Origin: Kiritimatiellia bacterium
GTDB lineage: Bacteria; Verrucomicrobiota; Kiritimatiellia; CAIQIC01; Lenti-01
Assembly: GCA_017540905.1 (NCBI GenBank)
Contig: JAFYAC010000029.1
Location: forward strand, 14,171-78,170
Reading direction: 5' to 3'
Length of the DNA stretch: 64,000 nucleotides
The position numbers and the translations under genes were made by a program. Shown one piece after another: positions 33,881-42,962 of this stretch; positions within the stretch are counted from its first letter, which is position 1, and every line of letters starts with the position of its first letter. The notes under the pieces were generated by a model. It was given only the letters and a program-made list of their open reading frames with translations. It made no database searches and had not been told where the DNA came from.

Positions 33881-33921
33881 CTCGATGGATTCGATGGTTT
33901 CGAAAAAATCGAAAGAATCGG
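33881..33921. repeat. TCGA-rich palindromic repeat (family P3)
   Basis: CTCGATGGATTCGATGGTTTCGAAAAAATCGAAAGAATCGG shares the TCGA-T/A6-TCGA core with 13721-13763. Confidence 0.6.
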
Positions 33922-33944
33922 AACGGTTGCCGCTTGAACGGCGG

Positions 33945-34883
33945 TCACTTTTCCTCGTCTTCCTCGTCCTCTTCTTCCTCTTCTTCGTCGTCCTCGTCGT
34001 CGAACTCGTCCTCGGCCTCGTCGAATTCGCCGTCCTCGTCGAATTCGTCGGTTTCTTCCTCTTCTTCCTCGGCGGGCATCTCGGACGCGGCCTCGACGGC
34101 TTCGATCTTCATCTGGTTCGGGTCCTCCGGAGGCTCCTCCGGCTCGGGGGCGGAGGGGTCGGGTGACGCCTTCTCCACGACTTCCATCTTCATCTGGTTC
34201 GGGTCTTCCGGCGGCTGCGGCGGCGCGTCCTCCCCGTCGTCCGCGCGGCCCTTGCGGCCGTTGCCGTAGCGGGCGGCCTGTTCCGCCTCGATGCGGCGGA
34301 GCTCGTCCGTGCCCGGCAGATCGTCGAGGTTCTTGAGCCCGAAGTGCTCCATGAACTTCTGCGTCGTCCCGAACATCCACGGCCGGCCCGGCAGCTCGCT
34401 GCGGCCCACCACCCGCACCAGCTGCAGGTCGAGCAGGTTCTTCAGGATCGCGTCCACCGCCACGCCGCGCACCGCCTCGATTTCCGAGCGCACGCACGGC
34501 TGGCGGTACGCGATGATCGCGAGCGTCTCCAGCGCCGGCAGCGAGAGCCGCGTGCCGCGCCCCTTCTGGAGCATCGTGCGGAGCCAGGGGCCGCAGTTCG
34601 CGTCGTTTTCCAGACGCCACCCGCCCGCCACCTCGATCAGGTGGAACCCGGCCTTGCGGTCCGCCAGGTCCCGCCCCAGCTCCCCGAGCGCCTCCAGCAC
34701 GAGCTTCTCGTCCGCCTTCGCGAAGTCGGCGGTGATGCCGCCGCGCCGCTCCGCCGTCGCCTTCAGCACGCGGCGTATTTCCGCGACCGGCAGCGGGTCC
34801 TTGCGCACGAACAGCATCGCGCCGATGATCTGCTTCAGCACCGGCAGCGCGAAATCACGGGTTTTCGTCGGACTCATCTTCAA
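33945..34883 (-). CDS. scpB: SMC-Scp complex subunit ScpB with long acidic C-terminal tail
   Basis: LSLPALETLAIIAYRQPCVRSEIEAVRGV...LVRVVGRSELPGRPWMFGTTQKFMEHFGL. The tail contains the duplicated segment PEDPNQMK(M/I)E followed by a D/E run. Confidence 0.85.
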   Translation of the reverse strand: MKMSPTKTRDFALPVLKQIIGAMLFVRKDPLPVAEIRRVLKATAERRGGITADFAKADEKLVLEALGELGRDLADRKAGFHLIEVAGGWRLENDANCGPWLRTMLQKGRGTRLSLPALETLAIIAYRQPCVRSEIEAVRGVAVDAILKNLLDLQLVRVVGRSELPGRPWMFGTTQKFMEHFGLKNLDDLPGTDELRRIEAEQAARYGNGRKGRADDGEDAPPQPPEDPNQMKMEVVEKASPDPSAPEPEEPPEDPNQMKIEAVEAASEMPAEEEEEETDEFDEDGEFDEAEDEFDDEDDEEEEEEDEEDEEK

Positions 34884-35784
34884 CCTTCTCCTCTTCCGCT
34901 TCCGCGTCCGCGTCCGCCGTCGGGGCTCCGTCCGCGAGCGGCAACGTGCCGGTTTCCGGCGCGGGCGCGGCGTTGAGCTTCTTGCGGCGCCGCAGGATGG
35001 CGGCCGTCTGCGGGTCCTCGGCCGGGGCCTCGTCCTCGGGCTTCGCGCCCTCGGGCGGGATGTCCCGGCGCTCGATGAAAATCTCCCCGTACGTCTCCGA
35101 CTGCACCGCGCGCGCCTGCCGGAGGCGGATCAGCTCCAGCAGCGCCAGGAACGTGCACGCGATCTCGTTGCGCGAGCGCATCTTGTCGAGCATCCCCGAC
35201 AGCGAGAACCGCCGCTCCCGGCGGAGCCGGAGCCCCAGCGACTCGATCTTGTCGGCGACCGTGTAGCGCTCGGCGAAGATTTCCCGGAGCTCCTCGTCCT
35301 TGACCTTCTTGAGCGCCTCGTTGAACGCGTTGATCAGGTCGAACAGCCCCACGTCGTGGAGCGCCACCTCCGGCTCGCGGCCGAGCACCGCCTCCGTCCC
35401 CTCGCGGCCGAAGATGTCCTCCCGCCGCACCTCCAGCTCCTCCAGGTGGAGCGCCGCGTCCTTGAACTTCTTGTACTCGACCAGCTGCCGGACCAGGTCC
35501 CACCGCGGATCCTCCTCCTCGGCCTCCTCCTCGGGCCGGACTTCGGCGGGAAGCAGCATCCGGCTCTTGATCATCATCAGCGTGGCGGCCATGACCAGGA
35601 ACTCGCCCGCGACGTTCAGGTCGAGCCGCTTCATCATCTCGAGGTACTCGATGTACTGCCTGGTGACGCTCTCCATCGGGATGTTGCTGATGTCCAGCTC
35701 GTCCTTCTTGATGAGGTACAACAGCAGATCGAGAGGTCCCTCGAAGACCTCCAGCTTGACCTTGTATTCCTCGTTCCTGTCCAT
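34855..35784 (-). CDS. scpA: segregation and condensation protein A
   Basis: ATG at 35784 gives MDRNEEYKVKLEVFEGPLDLLLYLIKKDELDISNIPMESVTRQYIEYL. Confidence 0.85.
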   Translation of the reverse strand: MDRNEEYKVKLEVFEGPLDLLLYLIKKDELDISNIPMESVTRQYIEYLEMMKRLDLNVAGEFLVMAATLMMIKSRMLLPAEVRPEEEAEEEDPRWDLVRQLVEYKKFKDAALHLEELEVRREDIFGREGTEAVLGREPEVALHDVGLFDLINAFNEALKKVKDEELREIFAERYTVADKIESLGLRLRRERRFSLSGMLDKMRSRNEIACTFLALLELIRLRQARAVQSETYGEIFIERRDIPPEGAKPEDEAPAEDPQTAAILRRRKKLNAAPAPETGTLPLADGAPTADADAEAEEEKVEDESDENP

Positions 35785-35972
35785 GTGGGCGTTTGTCCGT
35801 TCAGTGGCAATCTTTTCCACTTTACCCTCTCCCCCCGCCCGGGGCAACGCCAAACACCCAACGCCAAACCGCGCACGGGGCCGGCATCCGAGTTTGCTTG
35901 CCTTCCGCCGCGGACTTGTCCATTGTTTTGCCGTACCGCAACCGACCGAGGACCACAACCAGGGAGCTGCCC

Positions 35973-37550
35973 ATGAAATTCATTGATTCCGCCGTTTTCC
36001 GCGACCACGAGTCCCGTTTTCTGGAGGGGGCCCCCGGCCCGGCCGCCGAATGCGGGCTCGTCGCCCACGCCGGGCGCCTCCTCGCGATCCGCCTGGCGTC
36101 CCTCCTGCGTGAAATGGGCCTTCCTCCCTCCGCCGGCGTGGAGTTCTTCGCCGGCAAGGGCAACAACGGGGCCGACGCCCTCGCGGCCGCCTGCCTGCTG
36201 CACGATGCCGGCTACCGCACCTCCGTCCACAGCACGGTTCCCTTCCCGCCCCCCGCTGACGGCGAACCCGCATCCGAGCCGCCCCGCGACGCCCTGTTCC
36301 GGGCCGTCCGCGAAAAAGGCATCCCCTGCTCCGTCCGCGAAACCCCGGAAGCCTGGGCATCCTTCCGCCCCTCCGACGGTGCCCTCGGCGCCGTATGGGT
36401 CGACGCCCTCCTCGGCACCGGCGCCGCCGGCGCCCCCCGCGGTGCCGTCGCCGCCGCCGTACGCGTGCTCAACGACCGCCCCGCCGCCATCCCCGTCCTC
36501 GCCGTGGACATCCCGTCCGGGCTCGATCCCGCCACGGGAGCCCCCTCCCCGGACGCCACCGTGCGGGCCGACCTGACCCTCTGCATGGCCTGTCCCAAAT
36601 CCTGCCTCGCCGCGCCCGCATCCCGCGACTTCGCCGGCACCGTGGAGGTGGCCCCCATGCCCGAACTCGCCGATCCCGGCCTCCCCGCGTCGCCCGCCGG
36701 GCTGGACCTCGTCGGGCCCTCCGACCTCCTCCCGCTGTTCCCGCCCCTACCCCGCGACTCGCACAAAGGCACCCGCGGCCGCGTCCTCCTCGTCGGCGGC
36801 TGCCCCCTCTATCCCGGCGCGCTCGTCATGGCCGCCGACGCCGCCACCCGCTCCGGCGCCGGCCTCGTCCGCGCCTGCACCTCCCCCGCCGCCGTGGCGG
36901 CCATCCTCGCCCGCTGCCCCGAGGCCATCGCCCGCGACGACCTCTACGGCGAGCTTCCCCTTTCCGAACGCCCCTCCGCCATCCTCTGCGGGCCGGGGCT
37001 CGGGCGCGACGCCGAAGCCCGCCGCATCGTCGCCACCCTCCTCCACGAAACGCCCGCGCCCCTCGTGCTCGACGCCGACGCCCTTTCCATGCTGGGCAGC
37101 AAGACCGACGCCCTGGGCGCCTGCACCCGGCCGCTGCTGCTCACCCCGCACGCCGCCGAGGCCGCGTCCCTCCTCGGCTGCACCCCCGCCGGCATCCAGC
37201 GCGACCGCCCCGCGGCCGCCGCCGAACTCGCCCGCCGCGCCAACGCCACCGTGATCCTCAAGGGCGACGGCACCCTGATTGCCACGCCCGGCGGGGCAAC
37301 CCTCTGGATCAACCTCTGCGGCAACCCCGGAATGGCCACCGCCGGCAGCGGCGACATCCTGGCCGGACTGCTTGCCGGCCTCCTCGCCCAGGGTCTCCCC
37401 GCCCACGGCGCCGCGCGGGCCGCCGTCTGGATCCACGGCACCGCCGGCGACATCGCCGCCCGCCGGCTCGGCGAGCGCCCCATCCGCGCCTCCGACATCG
37501 CCGACGCCCTCTCCGCCGCCTTCCGTTCCCTCCACCGCCCTACCGCCTGA
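35973..37550 (+). CDS. nnr: bifunctional NAD(P)H-hydrate repair enzyme (epimerase/dehydratase)
   Basis: ATG at 35973 (MKFIDSA). The YjeF_N motif is GKGNNGADALAAA. The C-terminal kinase-fold region reads GSGDILAGLLAGLLAQG. Confidence 0.85.
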   Translation: MKFIDSAVFRDHESRFLEGAPGPAAECGLVAHAGRLLAIRLASLLREMGLPPSAGVEFFAGKGNNGADALAAACLLHDAGYRTSVHSTVPFPPPADGEPASEPPRDALFRAVREKGIPCSVRETPEAWASFRPSDGALGAVWVDALLGTGAAGAPRGAVAAAVRVLNDRPAAIPVLAVDIPSGLDPATGAPSPDATVRADLTLCMACPKSCLAAPASRDFAGTVEVAPMPELADPGLPASPAGLDLVGPSDLLPLFPPLPRDSHKGTRGRVLLVGGCPLYPGALVMAADAATRSGAGLVRACTSPAAVAAILARCPEAIARDDLYGELPLSERPSAILCGPGLGRDAEARRIVATLLHETPAPLVLDADALSMLGSKTDALGACTRPLLLTPHAAEAASLLGCTPAGIQRDRPAAAAELARRANATVILKGDGTLIATPGGATLWINLCGNPGMATAGSGDILAGLLAGLLAQGLPAHGAARAAVWIHGTAGDIAARRLGERPIRASDIADALSAAFRSLHRPTA

Positions 37551-37931
37551 TCCGGACGCCGCCCGGGCCGTCCTTCCGCCTCCCTCCGGGGGCGGGTGGG
37601 TTGCTTCCGCTTCACGTCCGTGCCTGCGGCGCAAACACGGAGCGCGCGGAGGAAGGAGGAACGGAGGTTCCCGGGAGGGGCTTCTGGGAAGGAAATGCCA
37701 AGATTCCGGGCCGTGCGCAAGCACACTCCCCCCTCCGAGAGGGGGGTGCCGCCCGGAGGACGAGATGTCCGTGTAGAGTGTTTGCCTGGAGAATGGAAAG
37801 GGCGGCGGGGGGAGTACTGCGGGGGGCCGTCGATACAGGCTTTCCCATGCTCCATCCGCAGAGGGCTTGATTCGTTTGTTGCAGGTGGAAAGTCGTGCTT
37901 GCCGCGATGGCCGACCGCAGTACTCCCCCCG

Positions 37932-38006
37932 CCGCGGCCCCTGCCGCTTGTCGTTTGCCATGCATCCACTTTCCATTCATGGCCGCGCCCCCCCCTCGGA
38001 GGGGGC
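37932..38006 (-). repeat. family R3 repeat
   Basis: The reverse complement matches 41941-42018 (..GGCGCGGCCATGAATGGAA(A/G)G(T/C)GGATGCATGGCAAA(C/A)GACAAGCGGCAGGGGCCGC..). Confidence 0.7.
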
Positions 38007-38020
38007 GGGTTCCGCCGCGT

Positions 38021-38146
38021 CCCGGAAAAATTTTTCCAATCATTGGAAAAACCAGGCAAATTTTTCCAACCATTGGAAAAATATTTTCCAATCATTGGAA
38101 AAAACGGCCCGAGTTTTCCAACCATTGGAAAAAAAGTTTCCAATCA
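38021..38146. repeat. tandem array (5 copies) of the AT-rich palindrome TTTTCCAA(T/C)CATTGGAAAA (family P1)
   Basis: Copies start at 38021, 38051, 38073, 38103 and 38126. AATCATT and AACCATT centres alternate, and spacers are 3-12 nt. Confidence 0.85.
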
Positions 38147-38171
38147 TTGGAAAAAAATGGGCCGGGTTTTG

Positions 38172-38217
38172 TCCGCGGGCGGGACGCCCGCGCCCCCAGG
38201 ATACACACGCTTTCCCT
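38172..38217 (+). repeat. family R4 repeat
   Basis: CCGCGGGCGGGACGCCCGCGCCCCCAGGATACACACGCTTTCCC. The inverted copy is at 41253-41296. Confidence 0.75.
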
Positions 38218-38258
38218 CCGTGTTTCGCGCCGCGGGCCCGTTTTTCGGAGGCGAAGCC

Positions 38259-39212
38259 TTACCCCCCCCTGCGCTGCGCCAGCGCCGCCTTGGCCAGCAG
38301 CCAGGGCCAAAGCTCCGGCGTGGCGGCCAAATGCCGGTCCACGTTGTTGCGGGGCAGGCACCAGCGCATCCCCCCGCGCAGCGGGCCCGGCGCGACCACG
38401 CCCCCCCGGGTGCCGAACGCCGCCCGCACCCCCAGCGACTCCAGCGCGGGGGCCAGGTCGGCGCGGACGTTCCCGTTGGGCCAGGCGAAGAACGGCACGA
38501 GCGCATCCGGAACGCGCGCCCGCAGGATTTCCCGGCAGCGGCAGAGGTCGTCGAGCGCGGCGGTGTGGGAAAGGGACGTCATCAGCGCGTGGCGGTGGCC
38601 GTGCAGGCCGAAGCGCACCAGGCCGCCCGCGGCCATCTTCCGCACCTGCGTCCAGTCGAGGAACTCCTTCGCGCACGCATCGCGCACTCCGGGCGGGGCT
38701 TCCCGCACGCGCCGTTCGAGCCGTTCGGGGGGGAGGGACTTCATCCCTTCGATGCCGGCGTCGGTGAGCCCGGGCACCTGCCACCAGAAGGGCATGCGTT
38801 TCTCGACGGCGCCGGTGGCCAGGAATATGGTGGCGGGGATGCGGAGCTCTTCGAGCACGGGCGCGGCGTACAGCGCGTTGTCGGCCCACCCGTCGTCGAA
38901 GGTCACCGCGAAGCACGGCAGCCGCCGCGGCGCCGCGGGCAGCCCGCCCGCGCCCGCCGCCGCCCCCTCCCCTTCGCCCGGGAACCAGTCCGCCAGCGCC
39001 ACGGGGTCGGCCCGCCGCCGCATCCACGCCAGGAGGTTGCGGAAGTCCCGCACCGGCACCTCCAGGTTCCGCATCGGACGCCCTTCGGCCGGTTCGCCGT
39101 CGGGGCGCACGCGGTGGAAGGTCAACACCACCAGGCGCCCGGCGAGCCGCCGCCGGACGAATCCGGCGCGGCCGGCCAGGCGCGCGAGCATGGATTTGGC
39201 GGCGGTGCGCAT
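38259..39212 (-). CDS. polysaccharide deacetylase (NodB-type) family protein
   Basis: ATG at 39212 within ORF 38259..40091. FAVTFDDGWADN ... FGLHGHRH. Confidence 0.8.
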   Translation of the reverse strand: MRTAAKSMLARLAGRAGFVRRRLAGRLVVLTFHRVRPDGEPAEGRPMRNLEVPVRDFRNLLAWMRRRADPVALADWFPGEGEGAAAGAGGLPAAPRRLPCFAVTFDDGWADNALYAAPVLEELRIPATIFLATGAVEKRMPFWWQVPGLTDAGIEGMKSLPPERLERRVREAPPGVRDACAKEFLDWTQVRKMAAGGLVRFGLHGHRHALMTSLSHTAALDDLCRCREILRARVPDALVPFFAWPNGNVRADLAPALESLGVRAAFGTRGGVVAPGPLRGGMRWCLPRNNVDRHLAATPELWPWLLAKAALAQRRGG

Positions 39213-39419
39213 GGCGGTCAGCGTCCGGCGCCCTGCATCCCGCGCCGGATTCCCGGCCGGTTCCGGCGCGCGTCCCCGCGGTTGTGGCGATGTTTCTGCA
39301 TGGTCGTTTTCCGTTCGGCGGCGGTCCCTAGCGGAACAACGCGGCCAAATATCATTCTTGCAAAAGCGGGGCGGATGTTGGAAGCTAAAAAAACATTTGC
39401 ACCCCGGAGAAAAACAACC

Positions 39420-40166
39420 ATGGAAAAAACAACCCGCATCCGCCTTCCCGCCGCCATGCTGGCATGGACCCTCGCCCTGCTCCCGGCGCTCCTCGCGCTC
39501 TCGGGCTGCGAGACGGATTCCTCCAACACCTCGTCCGTCGTCTCGGACAAATCCGGAACCGTCTACGACTTCTCCGGCCTCTACCACGGCAGCAGCACCA
39601 ACGCCGACGGCTCCTCCTACCTCGTGTTCCCCCACGAACGGCAGTCCGGCACGAAGCTCACCTGGATGCGCATCGTCCAGAACGGCTCCTCCCTGCAAGG
39701 CTACGACAACGCCGGCAAGAACTGGCACGGCTCCGTCTCCACCGTGGCCGATGCCACCGCCCGCTTCTCCCTCGAAGGCGCCACCACCGCCGGCGCCGCC
39801 GTCACCATCGCCGGCACCATGGCCTACGCCTCCAGCCAATCCACCATCAGCGCTTCCTGGCTCGAAGCCGGCGGTTTCTCCGGCAGCTTCTTCGCGACCG
39901 CCACGGTCAGCGCGCCGAGCACCAACACGCCCAGCGCCGGCCTCCAGATTTCGCCGTCGTCCGCAACCATAGCCACCAATGGTTCCCGGACCTTCACGGC
40001 CTCCGGCGGCAACGGAACCTACACCTGGGCGCACTCCGGGTCCTGCGGCACGCTCTCCGCCGACACCGGTTCCACCGTCGTCTACCGCCACGACTCCGCC
40101 GGCACCGACACGCTCACCGTCACCTCCGACGGCAAGAGCGCCACCGCCACCATCGTCTGCGAATGA
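39420..40166 (+). CDS. lipoprotein, Ser/Thr/Gly-rich, unknown function
   Basis: The ATG at 39420 follows GGAGA. The signal peptide plus lipobox is LLPALLALSGC. The stop overlaps the cysE start (ATGA). Confidence 0.7.
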   Translation: MEKTTRIRLPAAMLAWTLALLPALLALSGCETDSSNTSSVVSDKSGTVYDFSGLYHGSSTNADGSSYLVFPHERQSGTKLTWMRIVQNGSSLQGYDNAGKNWHGSVSTVADATARFSLEGATTAGAAVTIAGTMAYASSQSTISASWLEAGGFSGSFFATATVSAPSTNTPSAGLQISPSSATIATNGSRTFTASGGNGTYTWAHSGSCGTLSADTGSTVVYRHDSAGTDTLTVTSDGKSATATIVCE

Positions 40167-41188
40167 AAACGAACAAGCCCCGCCGAACCCGGCACCCCGC
40201 CCCCGCCCCCTCCCCCGACGCCGCGCCGCGCGCCTGCCGCCACCTCTCGCCGCAGGCCGACATCTGCCAGGCCGCCGGCGAACTGGCGGGCCTGTTCGAC
40301 CGCGAGGCCGTGGACGCCCCGTGCGCCCTGCCCGCCAACGCCCCCGCCCCCCGCGCCGTCGTCGACGCCCTGCGCATCCTGCTCGACGTCCTCTTCCCCG
40401 GCCGGGTCAGCGGCGAGGCCGTCGGCGCCGCCGAACTCGACGTGTTCCTCGTCCGCCGCCTGAGCGAGGCCTGGAACCTGCTCCGGCGCGAAGTGCGCCG
40501 CGCGCTGCCCTACCGCTGGATTGGCGAGGCCGCCCGCACCGAGGGCGCCCGGCCGCCGCGCGTGGCCGACCTCGACGGCGAGGCCGACCGCGTCATGAAG
40601 GCCTTCTTCGAGCGCCTCCCCGGCGTGCGCAGGCTCGTCGCCGCCGACGTCCAGGCCGCCTACGACGGCGATCCCGCCGCCCTCACCTTCGCCGAAGTCA
40701 TCCTCTCCTACCCCGGCCTCACCGCCATCGCCGCCCACCGCATCGCCCACGAACTCTACGCCCTGGACGTCCCCATCCTCCCGCGCGTCATGAGCGAATG
40801 GATCCACACCAAGACCGGCGCCGACATCCATCCCGGCGCGCGCATCGGACGCTCCTTCTTCATCGACCACGCCACGGGCGTCGTCATCGGCGAGACGGCA
40901 GAGATCGGCTCGGACGTCAAGCTCTACCAGGGCGTCACCCTCGGCGCCCAGTCGTTCGCGCTCGACGCCGCCGGCCATCCCGTCAAGCACATCAAGCGCC
41001 ATCCGACGGTCGAGGACCACGTCATCATCTACGCCCACGCCACCATCCTCGGCGGCAACACCGTCATCGGCGCGCGCAGCGTCGTCGGCGGCAACGTCTT
41101 CCTGATGGAAAGCGTCCCCCCCGACAGCCTCGTCTCCAGCCAGCACCCCGAACTCCTCATCCGCGAAAAGCGCTCCCGCAAAAAGTGA
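40163..41188 (+). CDS. cysE: serine O-acetyltransferase (long form)
   Basis: The hexapeptide region is DIHPGARIGRSFFIDHATGVVIGETAEIGSDVKLYQGVTLG, preceded by an N-terminal helical SATase domain. Confidence 0.8.
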   Translation: MKTNKPRRTRHPAPAPSPDAAPRACRHLSPQADICQAAGELAGLFDREAVDAPCALPANAPAPRAVVDALRILLDVLFPGRVSGEAVGAAELDVFLVRRLSEAWNLLRREVRRALPYRWIGEAARTEGARPPRVADLDGEADRVMKAFFERLPGVRRLVAADVQAAYDGDPAALTFAEVILSYPGLTAIAAHRIAHELYALDVPILPRVMSEWIHTKTGADIHPGARIGRSFFIDHATGVVIGETAEIGSDVKLYQGVTLGAQSFALDAAGHPVKHIKRHPTVEDHVIIYAHATILGGNTVIGARSVVGGNVFLMESVPPDSLVSSQHPELLIREKRSRKK

Positions 41189-41252
41189 CCGCGCTGGCCG
41201 CCCCCCCTTTCAAGGTGCGCCGCCCCCAACCGGGCGGCGGAGGGGAGACGGA

Positions 41253-41296
41253 TGGGAAAGCGTGTGTATCCTGGGGGCGCGGGCGTCCCGCCCGCG
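41253..41296 (-). repeat. family R4 repeat (inverted copy)
   Basis: GGGAAAGCGTGTGTATCCTGGGGGCGCGGGCGTCCCGCCCGCGG is the reverse complement of 38172-38217. Confidence 0.75.
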
Positions 41297-41422
41297 GGGG
41301 CATGGAGATGGAACACTGGCCGAAAATGTCCATGTTCTCCCATCGAACGGCGCGGCTGGAAGCCGCACCTCCCAGTCGTTTTCCAACCACAAGTCGCGCG
41401 GAAGCGTGACCTTCCCGGGGCA

Positions 41423-41655
41423 CTCTCCATGGGGGGAGGGACGCGCTCCCGCGCGTCCGCCGTGGTGCAGTGCCAGAGAGGGCCACGAAACAATGTGGCC
41501 GTCTTGGGAGGGCCGCGCTTTGTCGCGGCCGTGCGAAAGGGGTGTTCCCGGCATGTTCCAGAAGCGCCCTGTGGACATGGCCCGGACGAAGCCGGGCCCT
41601 CCCAGGATGCGGCTCGGTACGCTCTCCACGGGGAGGGACGCGCTTCTGCGCGTCC
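41423..41655 (+). repeat. family R1 GC-rich composite hairpin repeat
   Basis: CTCTCCATGGGGGGAGGGACGCGCTCCCGCGCGTCC ... GGGAGGGCCGCGCTTTGTCGCGGCC ... GGCCCGGACGAAGCCGGGCCCTCCC ... GGGACGCGCTTCTGCGCGTCC. Confidence 0.75.
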
Positions 41656-41940
41656 GCAGGGGAAATGGGTGGCTAGACAACGGCTTGAGGCCACACTGTT
41701 TCTGAAACCGCTCTAGTACATCGTACAGTCAAGACATTCGTATTTCTCGGCCGCGGGTAGGGCGGGCAGTCCCCTGCCCGCCGTGCGAACGGGGTGTGTA
41801 TGAAGGCAAATCCATTCGCAAGACAGGCACACGGCGACGAGGGGACTCGCCGCCCTACCAAAAAAGATGGTTCTTCGGGGATTATAGTGGAACCCCTCAG
41901 GAATCCCACGAATGCAAGGAACAAGAAGGGCGACAGGCCA

Positions 41941-42018
41941 CTCCCCCCTCCGCGAGGGGGTTGGCGCGGCCATGAATGGAAGGCGGATGCATGGCAAAAG
42001 ACAAGCGGCAGGGGCCGC
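41941..42018 (+). repeat. family R3 repeat
   Basis: See 37932-38006. Confidence 0.7.
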
Positions 42019-42182
42019 ACTCGCAATCCACTCGCGCACTTTCCATTCTCAAAATCTCTCTCCACGCCCTCTCGGCAATCCTCCCCGTCCGCTGTCAGTC
42101 CCGAAGAACCGGGCTTTCCCGATGAACCAAAGCCCGCCGGAACGTCGCTATACCCTTATTTAGGAGAACAAGGAGAAACAGC

Positions 42183-42962
42183 ATGGTGCAACAAACGGTC
42201 ATGGCGGCGGAAGGCTTGGACAAGCGCTTCTGGCAGGGCGGGGAACGGATCTACGCGCTCTCCGGGGTGTCGTTCGGCGTGGAGCGGGGGTCTTTCGTGG
42301 CCGTGATGGGGGCGAGCGGGTCGGGGAAGACCACCCTGCTGAACCTGCTCGCCGGGCTGCTACGCCCGGATGGGGGGCGCATCCTGCTGGACGGCATGGA
42401 TTTTTCGTCCCTGGGCGGCTCGGAGAGGGCCCGGGTGCGACGGCGCCGGATCGGGTTCGTGTTCCAGGACTACAACCTGCTGCCGAACCTGACGCTGGAG
42501 GAAAACGTGCGCCTGCCCCGCCTGCTGGACAAGCCCCCGGAGGGGGCGGAGCGGTGGGCCGCGGAAATCCTGGAGTTCCTGGGGCTGGCGGGGCGGCTGA
42601 AGCACCTTCCCCGGCAGCTCTCGGGCGGGGAGCGGCAGCGCGCCGCCATCGCGCGGGCGCTGTCCATGAAGCCCGACATCGTGCTGGCGGACGAGCCGAC
42701 GGGCAACCTGGATTTGCGGGGTTCGTCGCAGGTGTGCGGCCTGCTCCGGCGCCTCTGCCGGGAGCGGGGCTGCACGGTGCTGGCGGTGACGCACGCCCCG
42801 CACGTGGCCATCCATGCCGACCGGATCCTGATGCTGGGCGACGGGCGCCTGCTTTCGGACCGCCCGGTCACGGACTTCGCGGACGCGGAACAGCTGGCCA
42901 CCGCGTACCAGCGCCTCCTGGCGCCGGCCGCCGGGGAGGCCGGGGAGGAGGGGCGGCCATGA
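42183..42962 (+). CDS. ABC transporter ATP-binding protein (MacB/LolD/FtsE-type)
   Basis: GASGSGKTTLLNLLAG ... LSGGERQRAAIARAL ... LADEPTGNLD. Confidence 0.9.
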   Translation: MVQQTVMAAEGLDKRFWQGGERIYALSGVSFGVERGSFVAVMGASGSGKTTLLNLLAGLLRPDGGRILLDGMDFSSLGGSERARVRRRRIGFVFQDYNLLPNLTLEENVRLPRLLDKPPEGAERWAAEILEFLGLAGRLKHLPRQLSGGERQRAAIARALSMKPDIVLADEPTGNLDLRGSSQVCGLLRRLCRERGCTVLAVTHAPHVAIHADRILMLGDGRLLSDRPVTDFADAEQLATAYQRLLAPAAGEAGEEGRP

